From contig MNCI01002109.1 of assembly GCA_015680685.1 (NCBI GenBank), positions 66,370 through 130,369 of the forward strand: DNA of 64,000 nt. Direction: 5' to 3'. The translations under genes were made by a program, and so were the position numbers. Below, one piece after another: positions 14,301 to 26,389 of this stretch. This DNA comes from Gnetum montanum (Eukaryota > Plantae > Gnetophyta). The notes below the pieces were generated by a model, which did no database searches, had not been told where the DNA came from, and worked only from the letters and a program-made list of their open reading frames with translations. Position 1 is the first letter of the stretch. Each line of letters starts with the position of its first letter.

Positions 14301-14715
14301 ATCTAAGATAAACATATATGGAAAGATCAAGAAGAAGAGATTTTTATGCATCACATACGGTGACTCAGAGGGTGATGACATGGAAGAATGTTCAGCATCT
14401 CTTCCATGTAATCAGTGTGCCCAGGAAATACAAATTCAAAGGTGCCTGTATGTAGCAACCACACCAGTAGTAGACACCCCGTGGTTGATAGCTACTAGGA
14501 AGAGCAAACCAATATGCACTGAACGAATTGAGGAAACTCATGCTAACAATGAAGGCATAGATACATTGGAATATGAGCATCGCCAACTTCCACCCCTTAA
14601 CCTAAAAACATCAATCAGGAGAAGTTGGGCACTGTTACAAAATTCAAAAAAGCGCTCATTATTATGGATCTCTCCCTTTCCATTTAGTCATGGGGGAGAT
14701 GGCCACCTATGCTGA
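11317..14715 (+). pseudogene. gag: Gag-aspartic protease polyprotein, 1133 codons in one frame, interrupted only by in-frame stops
   Basis: ORF-track pieces at 11755, 12262, 12628, 13429, 13807 and 14380 are all in frame with ATG 11317. Gag core IPCFEG..DPQHHL..F..LKLFPRTL...WYWSL; protease ALLDSSSGVNLI...DFLVIE..FPIIMGGPWL. Confidence 0.88.
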
Positions 14716-14739
14716 TCATTGGAGGTCCTCAGTTCTTTT

Positions 14740-14925
14740 TAGTTTTTATTTTACACATTTTTGTTTTACATGTTTTTGTTTTACACATTTTTGTTTTACA
14801 AGTTTTTGTTTTACACGTTTTTGTCTTACACATTTTTGTCTTACATGTTTTTGTTTTATAGTTTTTTGTTTTACACGTTTTTTTTTTTACAAATTTCTTT
14901 AACTTTTCTTGTTTTTGTTTTACAA
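14740..14925 (+). repeat. T-rich minisatellite, about 15-bp unit TTTTTGTTTTACACA, just after the Gag-PR stop
   Basis: Roughly ten visible tandem units. A shorter array sits at the same position in element B (~52190-52265). Confidence 0.85.
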
Positions 14926-17614
14926 CAACGTTATACTTTTCCATTTTTTATGTGTGTTTGTGTGTGTGTTACCATCTTGTAAGTTCGTCACCCAATAAGT
15001 GTTCTTCACAATGGTATGAACTGCTTTCTTATTGATTGCTAATGTTTGGATTTTACCTTAAAGTGATGATGTTGATACTAAGGTATGTTCTTTTGATATG
15101 GCAGGAAATGAGTCCACTTCATCCATTCATCCACCAGTTTCTATGGTCTCTCTTGGCTTGGAAATGTACAATCCCTTTCAAATAAGAACTTTAACAAATT
15201 GGTGATTAGGTACTTCTCAAACCAAGGAAGAACTCAAGGATTGAAAAGGGTGTGACTTCAAGGGAACTTGATGCATTTGTGTTGGCCATTCTCTTGGGTG
15301 CTTGGATGTTTTCTTCTTGAGTTTTCTTGCCATTCTGATGTTACCTAATCATTGGGAAGCTAAGCAAATAAAAATAAGAATTCTTTGCATGGTGTGGTTC
15401 TCACACATAAAAACACAAAAAAAAAAAGAAAAAAAAATTGAGAATTCAAAGCACACCTTAGACGAAATAATCACTTGGGCTACAAGCACTAGTTATGGAA
15501 CTAAAAATGTTCCCTCTAACTAAGGCCCTTCTCGCTTCCCATTCTCTCCTCATTCATTTCATCGGAATGGTGGTGGCTCTTGGAGGAGGCATTCTTATTA
15601 TTCAAGTGGATGGTTTGGCCAAGTGCGTTGATGCGAAGTCACTGGATGTGGTTTGTTTGAGGCTGGAGTTGAAATGAGATTTTCCAAGTCACGTTAATCA
15701 TGCTACACACAAGGGGCTGTACACCACCTTGTTCTTGGGATTCCATTCCATTCTCTTCTCTCCACCCTTCTCTCCATTGTTCACCTCATTTTCGGTTGTA
15801 TCATTAGTGTATATTTTAGTTGACACATTTTTTTCTTTTTGGTAAACTCTTCCAGTTAAGACTTTAACTCTTATTCCAAAGGACATTCCTAGAGCCTACA
15901 AACTCTTTGAATGTGGATTTGTTAGGGCATTAAGGGCATGAGCCTGCTTTGGAGAGGACCCACTGACATTCCTATTTGGTGCACCAGTTAAACTCTTTTC
16001 CCTAACATTTTGCAATTAATTATATTTTGTTCATTTCCATCTTGACATCCATTTCATCGATGTCTTAGTTGTCTCTTTTTATCCATCTTCTTGTTCTTAT
16101 TCTTTCTCCATTCTATTGCTACCAAAGGTTCGCAACATGGGGATACGGGGCCCAATTTTTTCGATTTTCTCCTAACCCTTACACCTTCAGTAGTCATCCT
16201 TATTATATCTCCATATCTGTATCAGCCATACCACAACCTAGCCAATGGAACTTACATCGAAGCAAGGTATCAATTACATGATAATTCATCTTCCCTTGCT
16301 AATACAAGACTGTGTTTTGTGTGTAGATGATGATCATACAACAATGGATTGGATCTGGAGAGAACGCTTGGAATGGAGCAATGCTGGAAGTAGCTATGCC
16401 AGGAGCAAGATCGATGGCGCACTTACGGATGGACAATGAAAGACGCAATCTTGGCATTGGCAGCAGCAACACTTCTTTCTCTCTCTCTTTCTCAGCTGCC
16501 AACTAAGGCCTAATGTCAATGTAATAAGGTGTTCACCCTTGTTATCATGAACACCAGTTGTTAAGTCTTGTAATGATGATACGTTCACATGTCATCCCAT
16601 TAGATCCATTTGAGTCAATAATCCCATACCTTCCTGATATTATTGTAAGGAACTCAAGGACGAGTTTTCATTTAGTCATGGGGGTATGATGGGACGCGAT
16701 GTCGCGTCTTCCCTGTGATATCACATTTTTATTATCTCTTGCAACCCTTCTCCCCTAGTTAAGTGCCTCAGTACAACCACTTTGAGCACATGCGTTATGC
16801 TTGGTGATCCCAGCAACGATTAGTGTTTGGTAGCCAAGGTTGCATCGGTTCAGGGTGTGTATGGTAAGTGAGAATAGATGCTGACGCTAGGTTAATTTAG
16901 ACTTAGTTCATTAGTTAGAGTTAGTAATTAGTTTCTCTATCCTTCACCTTGTTAGCATAGAAGACAAAAACATAAAAACTATAAAAATCATATACCTTAG
17001 ACTTGCTTAATCATACACTGTGACAACTACAAGTAAGTCTAGGAAAACAACGAATGATTAACCCTAAGTGTTCCATGAGGTATGTAGGCACTTAGTCTGC
17101 GGAGTTCGACCAGATCATGTGTGCTACGCTCGTATTTGTATGTTTGAGTGTAGGGGTATCTCACCACTCATCACCTATCAACATGTTTACCATACTTAAG
17201 TACTTTACTTTTTCTTATATCTTTTAGTAAGGTGATATAAGTACGATTGGTTTTGAGCATGTAGTATAATTGTTTGGTAACCCAATGGTGAGTTTACTTG
17301 ATTTGCTCAGTAGTGGATTTTCTTGGTAATTTGAGTGACAATTACATGAGCCCTTAACATGTATGATAAGCCAAGAGCATATTCTTATCACCATAGGCTA
17401 GCATAGATTTACATTTTTTTATACTTAGTGATGAGTAGCAAGTAGTCCCTTTGCTCAACCATATGAATCACATGCATTTACTAGCAATCCAGTCAAATTT
17501 TGTGGACTTAGCCCCTAAGTGTACTGATAGACAAAGATAATACCATGAGAGTTATGGTTGTTGTCTTATTGGCTTTCAATTGTGTAAGATCATTTGTATG
17601 GGTAAGTATAAACA

Positions 17615-18295
17615 AAGGCACATGATATTTTTTTATATTTATTATATTTTATTTATTTAATCTAAGTATGAAATAAAGATAATTAATGGAAATTTAACTA
17701 TTTAACCATCTAATGATCCTTAATCTAACTAGCCTAACATAAGCATCTAGGCCTACTTTTCATTCACATCCTAGACTCATCTTAACACTACTAGGTTACC
17801 AAGGATCTATCATTGGGTAGACCAAATAGCCACTGCTGGGATTACCAAGCATTAAACAGTATGTTCGAAGTCATTGTACTTATGTGTTGTTATTAAGTGC
17901 ATTAATTAACTAAATACATGAATGCAAATTACATGAATAATAAAGTGCATAGAAATAAACATTAATCTATTTTAAGTGTTATAAAGAGTTCGAAGAATCA
18001 TGTCTTTATTGTCATCACATCAAAGTGTCCAAGTATAATGATGCTTGAATACAGATTCATACAATTTTTAAAGTCCTACTGCAAGCACTTAGAAAATATT
18101 CTAACTCTAAGCCAAGAAAACTGCAAGACCTCAACTATGCTATTGACTTAATGTGCCATAAATATGATGCATACACACATTTATATAGGCATGACATGGT
18201 ACTACGTCGATGCATCTACATCGATGCATCAAACCATGCGTTGACAAGGCTATGTCGATGATGTCCATCAATGTAGCCAGTCAAATGATTTATCA
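17615..18295 (-). repeat. Truncated Athila-like LTR, minus strand
   Basis: Reverse complement starts TGATAAATC at 18295. TATA near 18180-18188, poly(A) hairpin near 18003-18056, GGGATTACCAAG motifs. Last ~180 bp missing. Confidence 0.7.
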
Positions 18296-18448
18296 CTTAG
18301 ACTTAGACTTCATTTTAATTTTCATTAAGTTGACATTTAGGACAATTAAAGTCTAACATCAATGTATCATATGCCTCATCAAGAGTTAAACAATACAACT
18401 TGAACTTCATTAACTTAACATGAGAAGAGAACAATCACAAATTGAATC
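18274..18448. repeat. ~175-bp direct repeat, copy 1 (copy 2 at 28551-28728), flanking the endogenous virus
   Basis: Near-identical by eye, with scattered substitutions and one 3-bp indel. Confidence 0.92.
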
Positions 18449-18687
18449 TCTAAAATCTGCAACACTTTCTTCAAATCATCATGGAATTCTCGTAGCATCC
18501 TAAAACCCATGGTGCACTTAGATGAAAAATACAATGAATATGTAGAAGCAACACAATAGAAACTTGGCAAGTTGCCTTGCACAACGATCGTTTTCTCAAC
18601 TCACACCTCACACTCTCACTCTTTCTTCATGATGCGTTAAATAGAAGAGAAAGACAGAATCAAAGGATAAACCTTCTTAACCAATCC

Positions 18688-19067
18688 TTTATTGCATCAA
18701 CTTCTACACAGACATAGCTTCTAGCTGGTACATTGTAGATCTCAAGACAACAACAAGACCTATTTAAACAAACTGCTAAAAGATCAAGCAGATTCACATA
18801 GCAAGGACTCTAACCATCATCCAAATAGCAAGAATCAAGAAGATGACTAAAGAAATCACACCAGCAATATAAACTTTATCAGGCATAATCAGACTTCTAA
18901 TTCTGACTCAAACTCTAATTATAACTCATCCAAGAGATTAAGCTCCAACCAGTGAAGGACTTCGTAACAAATTAAGACTACTAGGTTGAGGAGTAGACAA
19001 CCCTAATGCATGATTTGGTAATGCCTCTTACTTGCCCTTTACAAGAGGGGATACATGGGTATATATA
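18688..19067 (-). promoter_or_regulatory. Putative 35S-like pregenomic promoter TATA (19060-19067) and downstream AATAAA (18688-18693)
   Basis: Minus strand reads CCTATATATACCC after the last viral ORF, then AATAAA about 370 nt later. This is the usual caulimovirid intergenic order. Confidence 0.45.
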
Positions 19068-19789
19068 GGATAGACTGACTCTATTTGCATGACTTGCATG
19101 CCAAGTAATTGGATCCTTATCTTCAGCTATTGACATCTTATCGTTATCTACTCATCGCCTTTAATATCGCTTTATGGACAAAGTAGATCTTGTAACATGT
19201 TCATGTGCAGTCGGTGTAGTTTTTAATCAGCTTTGAAAGATCTTCAAGAATATTTGATGGAGATGTTGATGATGTGGCCTCATTTGGTGGTGCTTTCTTA
19301 GGAACTATAGTTTCACTCTTGTATCATGTGACTTCTTAGTACAAGTTGATTTGTTGAAAAGACTTGCAAATCTTGTTTTCCCATTCATTACTCTGAATAA
19401 GCTCTTGGAATAAGTTTTTGGCTAACTAATTAGTGAATAATGGACTTCTAATTAGCATGATGTTGTCTAGAACTTCCATTGTTGATAAGTGTTGAAGTAT
19501 CTTAGGTTCCAACCGACTCCATTTTAAATTTTTTATTATGCAATCTATTCTTCCTGCCATATTTACATTGAAATCTAGTGTAGCATAGTGTTTGGATATG
19601 CTCATGGTAGATTCTTGAGGAAACATCTCATGAATCCTTCTACACCATTTTACTCTATCTTCCAATGTTTGAACCGGTCAAGAATGCCAATCTCCATTAT
19701 CCTGCATTGGATTTTGAGAGTATTCACCTTCTAGAGAACTTTCTTCTAAATGTGTTGGCTACATCATCTTTGCTTACTACATTTTTAAT

Positions 19790-20308
19790 TCTCTAGTCAA
19801 TACATCTAGTAAATGATTTACTACTCCAGAGATTCTTTCAATAGTAAACTTGTATTAGGCCAAGAGAAATTGCCACCAGGAAAATCTTTGCAATTTTAGT
19901 GATGGCTGAATCTTTATTTTTAACAATGGTGCCAAATTTGCTGAATCTATTTGTAGAATGAATGGTTCTTCAACCAAATAGATGTAAAAATTTTCTATTC
20001 CCTTGATTGCTGCAAAAATATTTTTTTCAATAGGCCAGTAGTTTAGCTCATTCTTCTGGAATGCTCCTGAAGCATAGGCACAAATTTCTTCTTCTTCTCT
20101 TTTCTTTCCCATTCTTAGCAACACAGTGGCCAATGCATCATAGCTATCATCTGTATTTAGAATGAATGGTCCATGTAGGATGAGAGATAATGGAGGAAGA
20201 TTTTGACATTCTTTCTTCAACTATTAAACTTTCTTGGTAGCTTGATGTGTTCACTGAAATGGAGTTTGATTTTTGCATCTTTGAATCTCAGTGGTTTTGT
20301 CTAATAGG
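19790..20308 (-). pseudogene. Caulimovirid RNase H (continuation of RT beyond the insertion)
   Basis: PFILNTDDS, ICAYASGAF, ELNYWPIEK, FILQIDS and RFSWWQ motifs. Confidence 0.88.
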
Positions 20309-23300
20309 TGTTGGCAATCGTTTGGGACGCGACCACCAACAAGTGTCCTCAAATAGGATTTCGATGCTTGCTGGTCTCTGGCAACACCAAGGCCCATATA
20401 CCTCCAAATAGACTTAGTAGTTAATGTGAGTATGTGTGTGTGTTGTTGTGAAAAATAAAACGATTAGGTTGTGTGTAAAACTATAAATGACTTATCTTAA
20501 AGAGATTCAGCCAACTTTGCAAAGTACTGTGAGTTGTTGAGAGTTCCTATTTTGTTCAATTGCCTAGTCTATGCAGTCCTTATAAAGCCTACTTGTAACA
20601 AATAAAGTTTTGCAAAAACATTTGAGCACAACTCTGCGAATCTACTTCTAATTTTCCCCAGAGAAAGAGATAGTTCCACAAGAAAACTAGAAATAGAGCG
20701 AGATTCAATGGAAATAGAAAGAAGAGAAAAAGAAAGCAGATTTGTGTAAAGATCTCAAATGTTTAAACAAGGTAAAATGATACGAGTAAACACTTCGCAA
20801 TAAAGCTATCCCAAATTCAATAACTACGAATTGTTCAAACTTCCAAGGCTCAAATAAGCAATTTCTTCAAGACAATCCTACTATGCTACCAAAAAAAATT
20901 GCTGCGTAAACTATCACGTACCAGACTCTATTTTGGCTAGATAATGGATGTCAACAATTGCATTCAACAGAACCTTCAAAAGACTTGACAATTTATGATT
21001 GAAATACCATGGAGATTCACTTTAAAGATAAAAGAAGCTATTCTGGTCCTATCAAAATACCAAAGATTTTCTGAACCCTCTTGACTATTGAATCGTTCAA
21101 CGGCTTGACTACATGCAGAGGCTCTCTTACAACAATCTCAATAGCGGTTCTTATACATTGCACAATAATAAAATTCACTACTAAAATGCTCTTAAGGCTT
21201 TCAAACACAAGCTCTTCTATGGCAAAATTTTAATAGAAATTTTCTATCATGCAACAAGAACAATAAGAGCAATCTAAAAATCCCAAAATTATTTGCCAAG
21301 CATGATACTATCTAAACCACTAGCTAAACAATTTAAACAAAATAAAAAATAAACATAACTCACAAGACTATAATAAAGAGGCTAAAATGTTGTCTTTAGC
21401 AAGCCATCTTCAATATATTTCTTCTATCAATTCTTTACAAAATACTCTTCTAATAGACTCCTTCCTTTCTCCCAAGGCCTCCTTCTCTCTTAAGACTTCT
21501 TTTTTTTTTTTTTTTTTAGCTAGACTAGACCCTTTCTCCCTTTTATTCTAAGGCCTTGAAGCCTTTTTATAGGGTCTCATAGGTAGTTAGAAATTACAAA
21601 ATATCTTAGGTAACTTACTCCCCAAGTAAAGAAGTTACAACTTGCCCAACAAGTTAGGAGAAAACTATGCCTACGTTGACATGTGTTTTTTTAAATAACC
21701 ATCTCATGAATTCCTTTTCTTCTTGAAAAATAATAATTTTCTTTAAATATGTTACTTTCATGTATCATTTTACAGATTATTTGATTTGAATTTTGAAGCT
21801 ATTACTTGGACAATAGAAAAACTATCATTGCTATGAATGTTTTAAATGGCAGCAGATGAGCTGGGATTGGGCGTGAACAGGTACTTGCCACCGTACTTAG
21901 CACCATGGACGAAAGGAAGGACCATTCTACATGACTTCAACTAGGCCTCCGATGGTAGCAGCATCTTCAACTCCACCAACAACATTTTCGTTTACACTGA
22001 TACGTTTGAATCAAAATAGTGCCTCCACCATTCTGTATCTGGATTAATCATGCTCTGGACCAATGATTTCTACAGAAACCTTGCTGATGTGTGCGGTGAG
22101 ACCTCCATCTATGCCACGTGTTCGTTGAACTGATGTCACCTAAGTCTCAGCATGATGCCCTTGCTTGCCATGTTTGCGGTTACTGCCAACTACGGTCGTG
22201 CATTGCTTCTTTTCTTGGAGTTTATCTCTCTGTCGTGCCTTGGTGCTCTATCAAATACGAGCCAAAAACCCTACTGCGTTTTTCTTTCTAAAATCATTTT
22301 TATTCAATTTGTGAATCAGGGACAGCTGTTGTATGATTTGGGTGCTAATATTAGCAAGATTTGATATATTCTTGATGCTTGTCTTGCTGTTTTTCTTCTA
22401 AAACTGTTGCTCATAACATGTTCTTGTTATTGCTGATTCAAATGCAGAGTATATAAAAAGTGTTTGACAAATTGTTTTTTACCAATTTCTCTACTTTGGC
22501 TGTTTTTTTCTTTTACAAAAATCAATAGTCATTACTCTGGTGTCCAATTCTCAATTCTTGTATATACTGCTAACTGCATTTTAACTCTTATTCTTTCTCT
22601 TTTCTTCTTTTTGTTCTGCACTTCATATACAGGGCACATGAACAAATTGCTTCATGAAGAATACTGTAATTTCCAATGACCAGTTTACCATCAATTGTAG
22701 TTACTTTGATTCTTCATTTCTTTCTTCTTTAAATTTAGATGCTATTTCTCTTTATCCACAAGCTGAAATTTTGTTTATTCTAACAAAGTACAACAGCCTT
22801 TCCTCCAATCTTTCATCATCTAAAATTGCTTTGCAATGGATTTTTAAAATCTCCCTTATGAATTTAGTGAGAAAACATAGTTAATAGTTTGTGGAATTCT
22901 TGCCACTTCTCCAACTAACAATAAGAGAGTACTGAAAACTGCAAAAACCTTTAATCAATTTTATCATGCCAACCTGTTCCATGAAATGGCCAAAATGTGC
23001 CAACATTTCTTCCCCTTTTAAAAGGCTTAAAGAAATTTATGCAAGCCCCATTTTAAAACTGAACTGTACTTGAAGCTTTTATTGAACTTTTTACAACTGA
23101 AAAGATAAATCTTTTTGGAGAAAAATTCCCATCAAACATAAGGTTTGGTAGTATAAAAACCTCATTTTTAAAAAACTAAACAAATTATATTCTATCAAGT
23201 CTTTTATTTATGGACTATTCGTGAGATGGGAAGAGAATGGTGAGGGTTACTCTGGTAGGAATCCTCATATCTTTAACCTTCTCATAAGTAATCTCTAAAT

Positions 23301-24336
23301 TGATGAATGTTGTTTTATTATTTTTTGGCTTGCTGGAGCTTTCAACTTGATCTTCTTGAGCCTTTTCTTTAGCAATCCTCTTATCTTCTTTCTCATATGA
23401 ACTCTTATTTTCTTCCTAATTGGGTCCTTCTTTTTCTTCTTGGGACACAAAGGCTTCTTCCCATGAATCTTCATTGATTAGTTCTTTCTTCTTTTCCTCT
23501 TTTTGGGTGCAATTTTGATACTATCCCCAAACATTTGATTCTATTTCTAAACCTCCTATGAGGAATGAGAATTCATCAGCCAACCAAGCCATAAAAGGAC
23601 ATTCTTTAGGTGCTCCACATGCTCTAGCTTTCAAACAAGACGTTAACACATGTTCTGGGCAACATCCCATCACATAAGGAATGAAAGGCTTCCTCATTAT
23701 TCTCCCAAAATCCATCTTCTTTTTCAAATTATCTCTATTCTCACTTACTCTACTCAACTTGAATTGGAAAATGAGGAAATCCTAGGCTAAATTTTTAGCC
23801 CTCCTTCTAGCGCCAAAAGAACTGTTGGCAACCATTTGGGACGCAACTGCCAATGAGTGTCCTCGAACAGGATTTAAGTGCTTACTGGTCTCTGGCAACA
23901 CCAAGGCCCATATACCTCCAAATAGACTCAGTAGTTAATATGAGTATGTGTGTGTGTTGTTGTGAAAAAATGAAACGATTGGGTTGTGTGTAAAACTATA
24001 AATGACTTATCTTAAAGAGATTTAGCCAACTTTGTAAAGTACTATGATTTGTTAAGAGTTCCTATTTTGTTCAATTGCCTAGTCTATGTGGTCTTTATAA
24101 TACCTACTTGTAACAAATAAAGTTTTGCAAAAACATTTGAGCAAAACTCTGCGAATCTACTTCTAATTTTCCACTCTGTAGAATTCTGCAAAACTGTGCA
24201 AAAACATTTGAGCAAAACTCTGTAGAATTCTTGCCACTTCTCCAACTAACAATAAGAGAGTACTAAAAACTGGAAAAAACTTTAATCAATTTTATCATGC
24301 CAACCTATTCCATGAAATTGCCAAAATGTGCCAACA
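20309..24336 (-). mobile_element. Non-autonomous Tat/Ogre-like LTR element (LARD-like) inserted between viral RT and RNase H
   Basis: LTRs TGTTGGCA..TGCCAACA at 20309-23005 (2.7 kb) and 23823-24336 (internally deleted). TSD ATAGG/ACAGG. PBS-like TGGCGCTAGAAGGAGGG (reverse complement, ~23798-23814). PPT (reverse complement AAAAGGGGAAGAAA) at ~23006-23019. Confidence 0.88.
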
Positions 24337-25778
24337 ACAGGTTAGTTATATATTTGGCCACATAATTAAGATATCTAAGAAATCTTAAACATTGTTCTTT
24401 GTTTTCTAGCTGATTTGGAAACAATGAGATCTTCTATAGAACATGTGGTTGCATATGAATTTTTTCATCTTTCAATGTTACTCCAAGAAATTCAATTCCT
24501 CTTCTTCCTATTTGAAACTTCTTTGGATCTTCAGATAACCCTATTCCATGTTGCTTGCATAGATGAGCAAATACCTTCAAATGTTCAACATGTTCTGATA
24601 CTGAATTAGAGTATATTAGAAAATCATCTTTATAATTTGCAACAAAATCAAAAACTTTTCCAAAAATAGCATCCATTCTTTTTTGAAATTATGATGGGGA
24701 ATTCTTCAATCCAAATGGCATAACAAGCTGTTCATATAATCCTTGCGATGTGTTGAATGTTGTTTTATGAATATCTTGCTTAGTGATTTTTATCTGATGA
24801 TACCCACTCTTACAATCAAATTTGTTGAAGATCTTCTTTCCTGCTACCTTTTGGATAATTGCATCTTGATTTGGTAATAGCTATTTTATCTCAATGGTTA
24901 CTGCATTAAGCAGAATATAATTGATAATGATTTTGGGCTTTTCCTTTTTTTATTTTTGCATGATTGCAGACAATGAAACTTGAGCAAACATAATTTGATT
25001 GAGATTCTCTAATCAATCCCTTTTTCTGAAACTCCTCTACCTATAATCATAGCTCTTCTACATCTACTAGATTGAGGACTATTGCCTTACTTTGTACTAG
25101 AATGTCATGTACTGTAGGGATGAAGGCTTTTGGATTGTCTTTGTCCCAAAATTGCAGAGGATGTTTGCAATAGCATGATAATAATTCTTCTTGCACTTGC
25201 ATAAGTAAAGATGTTGCTTGTTCATCAAGCCCTTGAATACAAGCTTTCATCAATTTTTGCCAATGCCTGTATTTTGCTCTAGCAATATCTTCTATCTAAT
25301 GTTGAGTAATAATTTCTGAAATTGATGGATTGGCAGACATGAAGACACTTCTGATCTATTGATGTTTGTTTTTGTGCAACTCTGGTGGAATCTTGGAAAT
25401 TGCTACTTTCTAACTAGATTCATCATTAGAATTGAAACATATAAGCAAATCTAGCCCAATTGTATAAGGAGAGAGTGCATCCAATGAAATGTGCTTTAAG
25501 GCCCACATCAAAACCACTATAAAAAATTTGGACAAAATTTGTCTTCCCAATATAAAATTCCCTAATTGGATAGGAATATTGAATGAAAAATGAGTTAGAC
25601 TTCTTACTCTATTCATGGTATCAAGCTTTACTAGGTTTGGATGAGACACCCAGTTCTTAAGCACATCTTTGTGATAGAAATTTAGGGTTGTTCCAGTGTC
25701 AACAAAAGCTTGATATTTCTTCCAGTTTAGCTCACCATTGACTACCAGCTTGATTGGTATGATGATTACACTATGCAA
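24337..25778 (-). pseudogene. Caulimovirid aspartic protease and reverse transcriptase
   Basis: DTG protease motif and RT motifs including YxDD. Multiple stops and frameshifts. Confidence 0.9.
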
Positions 25779-26389
25779 AGATAAAAGATGCTTGATTTGA
25801 TGTTGCTGTTCAGCTGGAATGGTAGGTTTTGATAAACTTCAAGCTTTTTCAAGTTCTGTAACAATAGGAAATCTCTTTTCATATGGTGTAATTAGGAATT
25901 TTAGGGGTACCTTTTGAAGGATTGTCATTGGCTTTGTGCCTAACTGAGATGCGCTAGGTACATTTAATAATTCTTCATTGCAATGTAGGTCATCATCCCA
26001 ATCTTATAGAGATTACTGGGACATATGCTGTGTTAACTGTTCAATGTCATCTTTTGATATAGAATACATTTCCTGATCATTCAACCAAGTATCAATTTCA
26101 ACATAGTCATCTATTGAGAGTTGTTGTATCTAGTCTTCAGCTAAATCTATGTTGTTCCAATCTAAAAATTAGGTTTGCTTTATCATTCCTCTCGGTGGCT
26201 CTTGATTATTTTCATCTTCCTCTAGATTTGATTATACTTCTTCTTCAGATTCCCCTTCACTTCTTGAATCATCATTAGAGAGTAACTGAATCTGGTAAAT
26301 TTGCTTAGTTGGTTCTTCTTGCTCTAGATCATTAACTAGTTTCCATTCTTCTAAGTAATTGTTGAAGAATGCTTTGATCCTTGGATTTG

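Larger units (their letters stand above)
10437..17173 (+). mobile_element. Element A: TSD-bounded non-autonomous Athila-like LTR retrotransposon encoding Gag and protease only (TR-GAG-like)
   Basis: 5' LTR 10437-11239 (TGAT..CAACA) and 3' LTR 16687-17173 (internally deleted). Perfect 5-bp TSD CCTAT at 10432-10436 and 17174-17178. PBS TGGCGTCGTTGCCGGGGA at 11241. PPT before 16687. Confidence 0.93.
10084..17610 (+). repeat. Athila-like LTR of accessory-ORF copy 2, split by element A (pieces 10084-10436 and 17179-~17610)
   Basis: TGATAAAA start after the PPT, TATA near 10170, poly(A) hairpin near 10306-10360. LTR motifs (TTGGTAACCC, GTATGG) resume after the CCTAT TSD. 3' end degenerate. Confidence 0.7.

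Noticed and set aside
14690-14982. CFT/KTKTC-repeat ORFs
   Set aside because: Products of the 15-bp T-rich tandem repeat, and not conserved in frame in element B.
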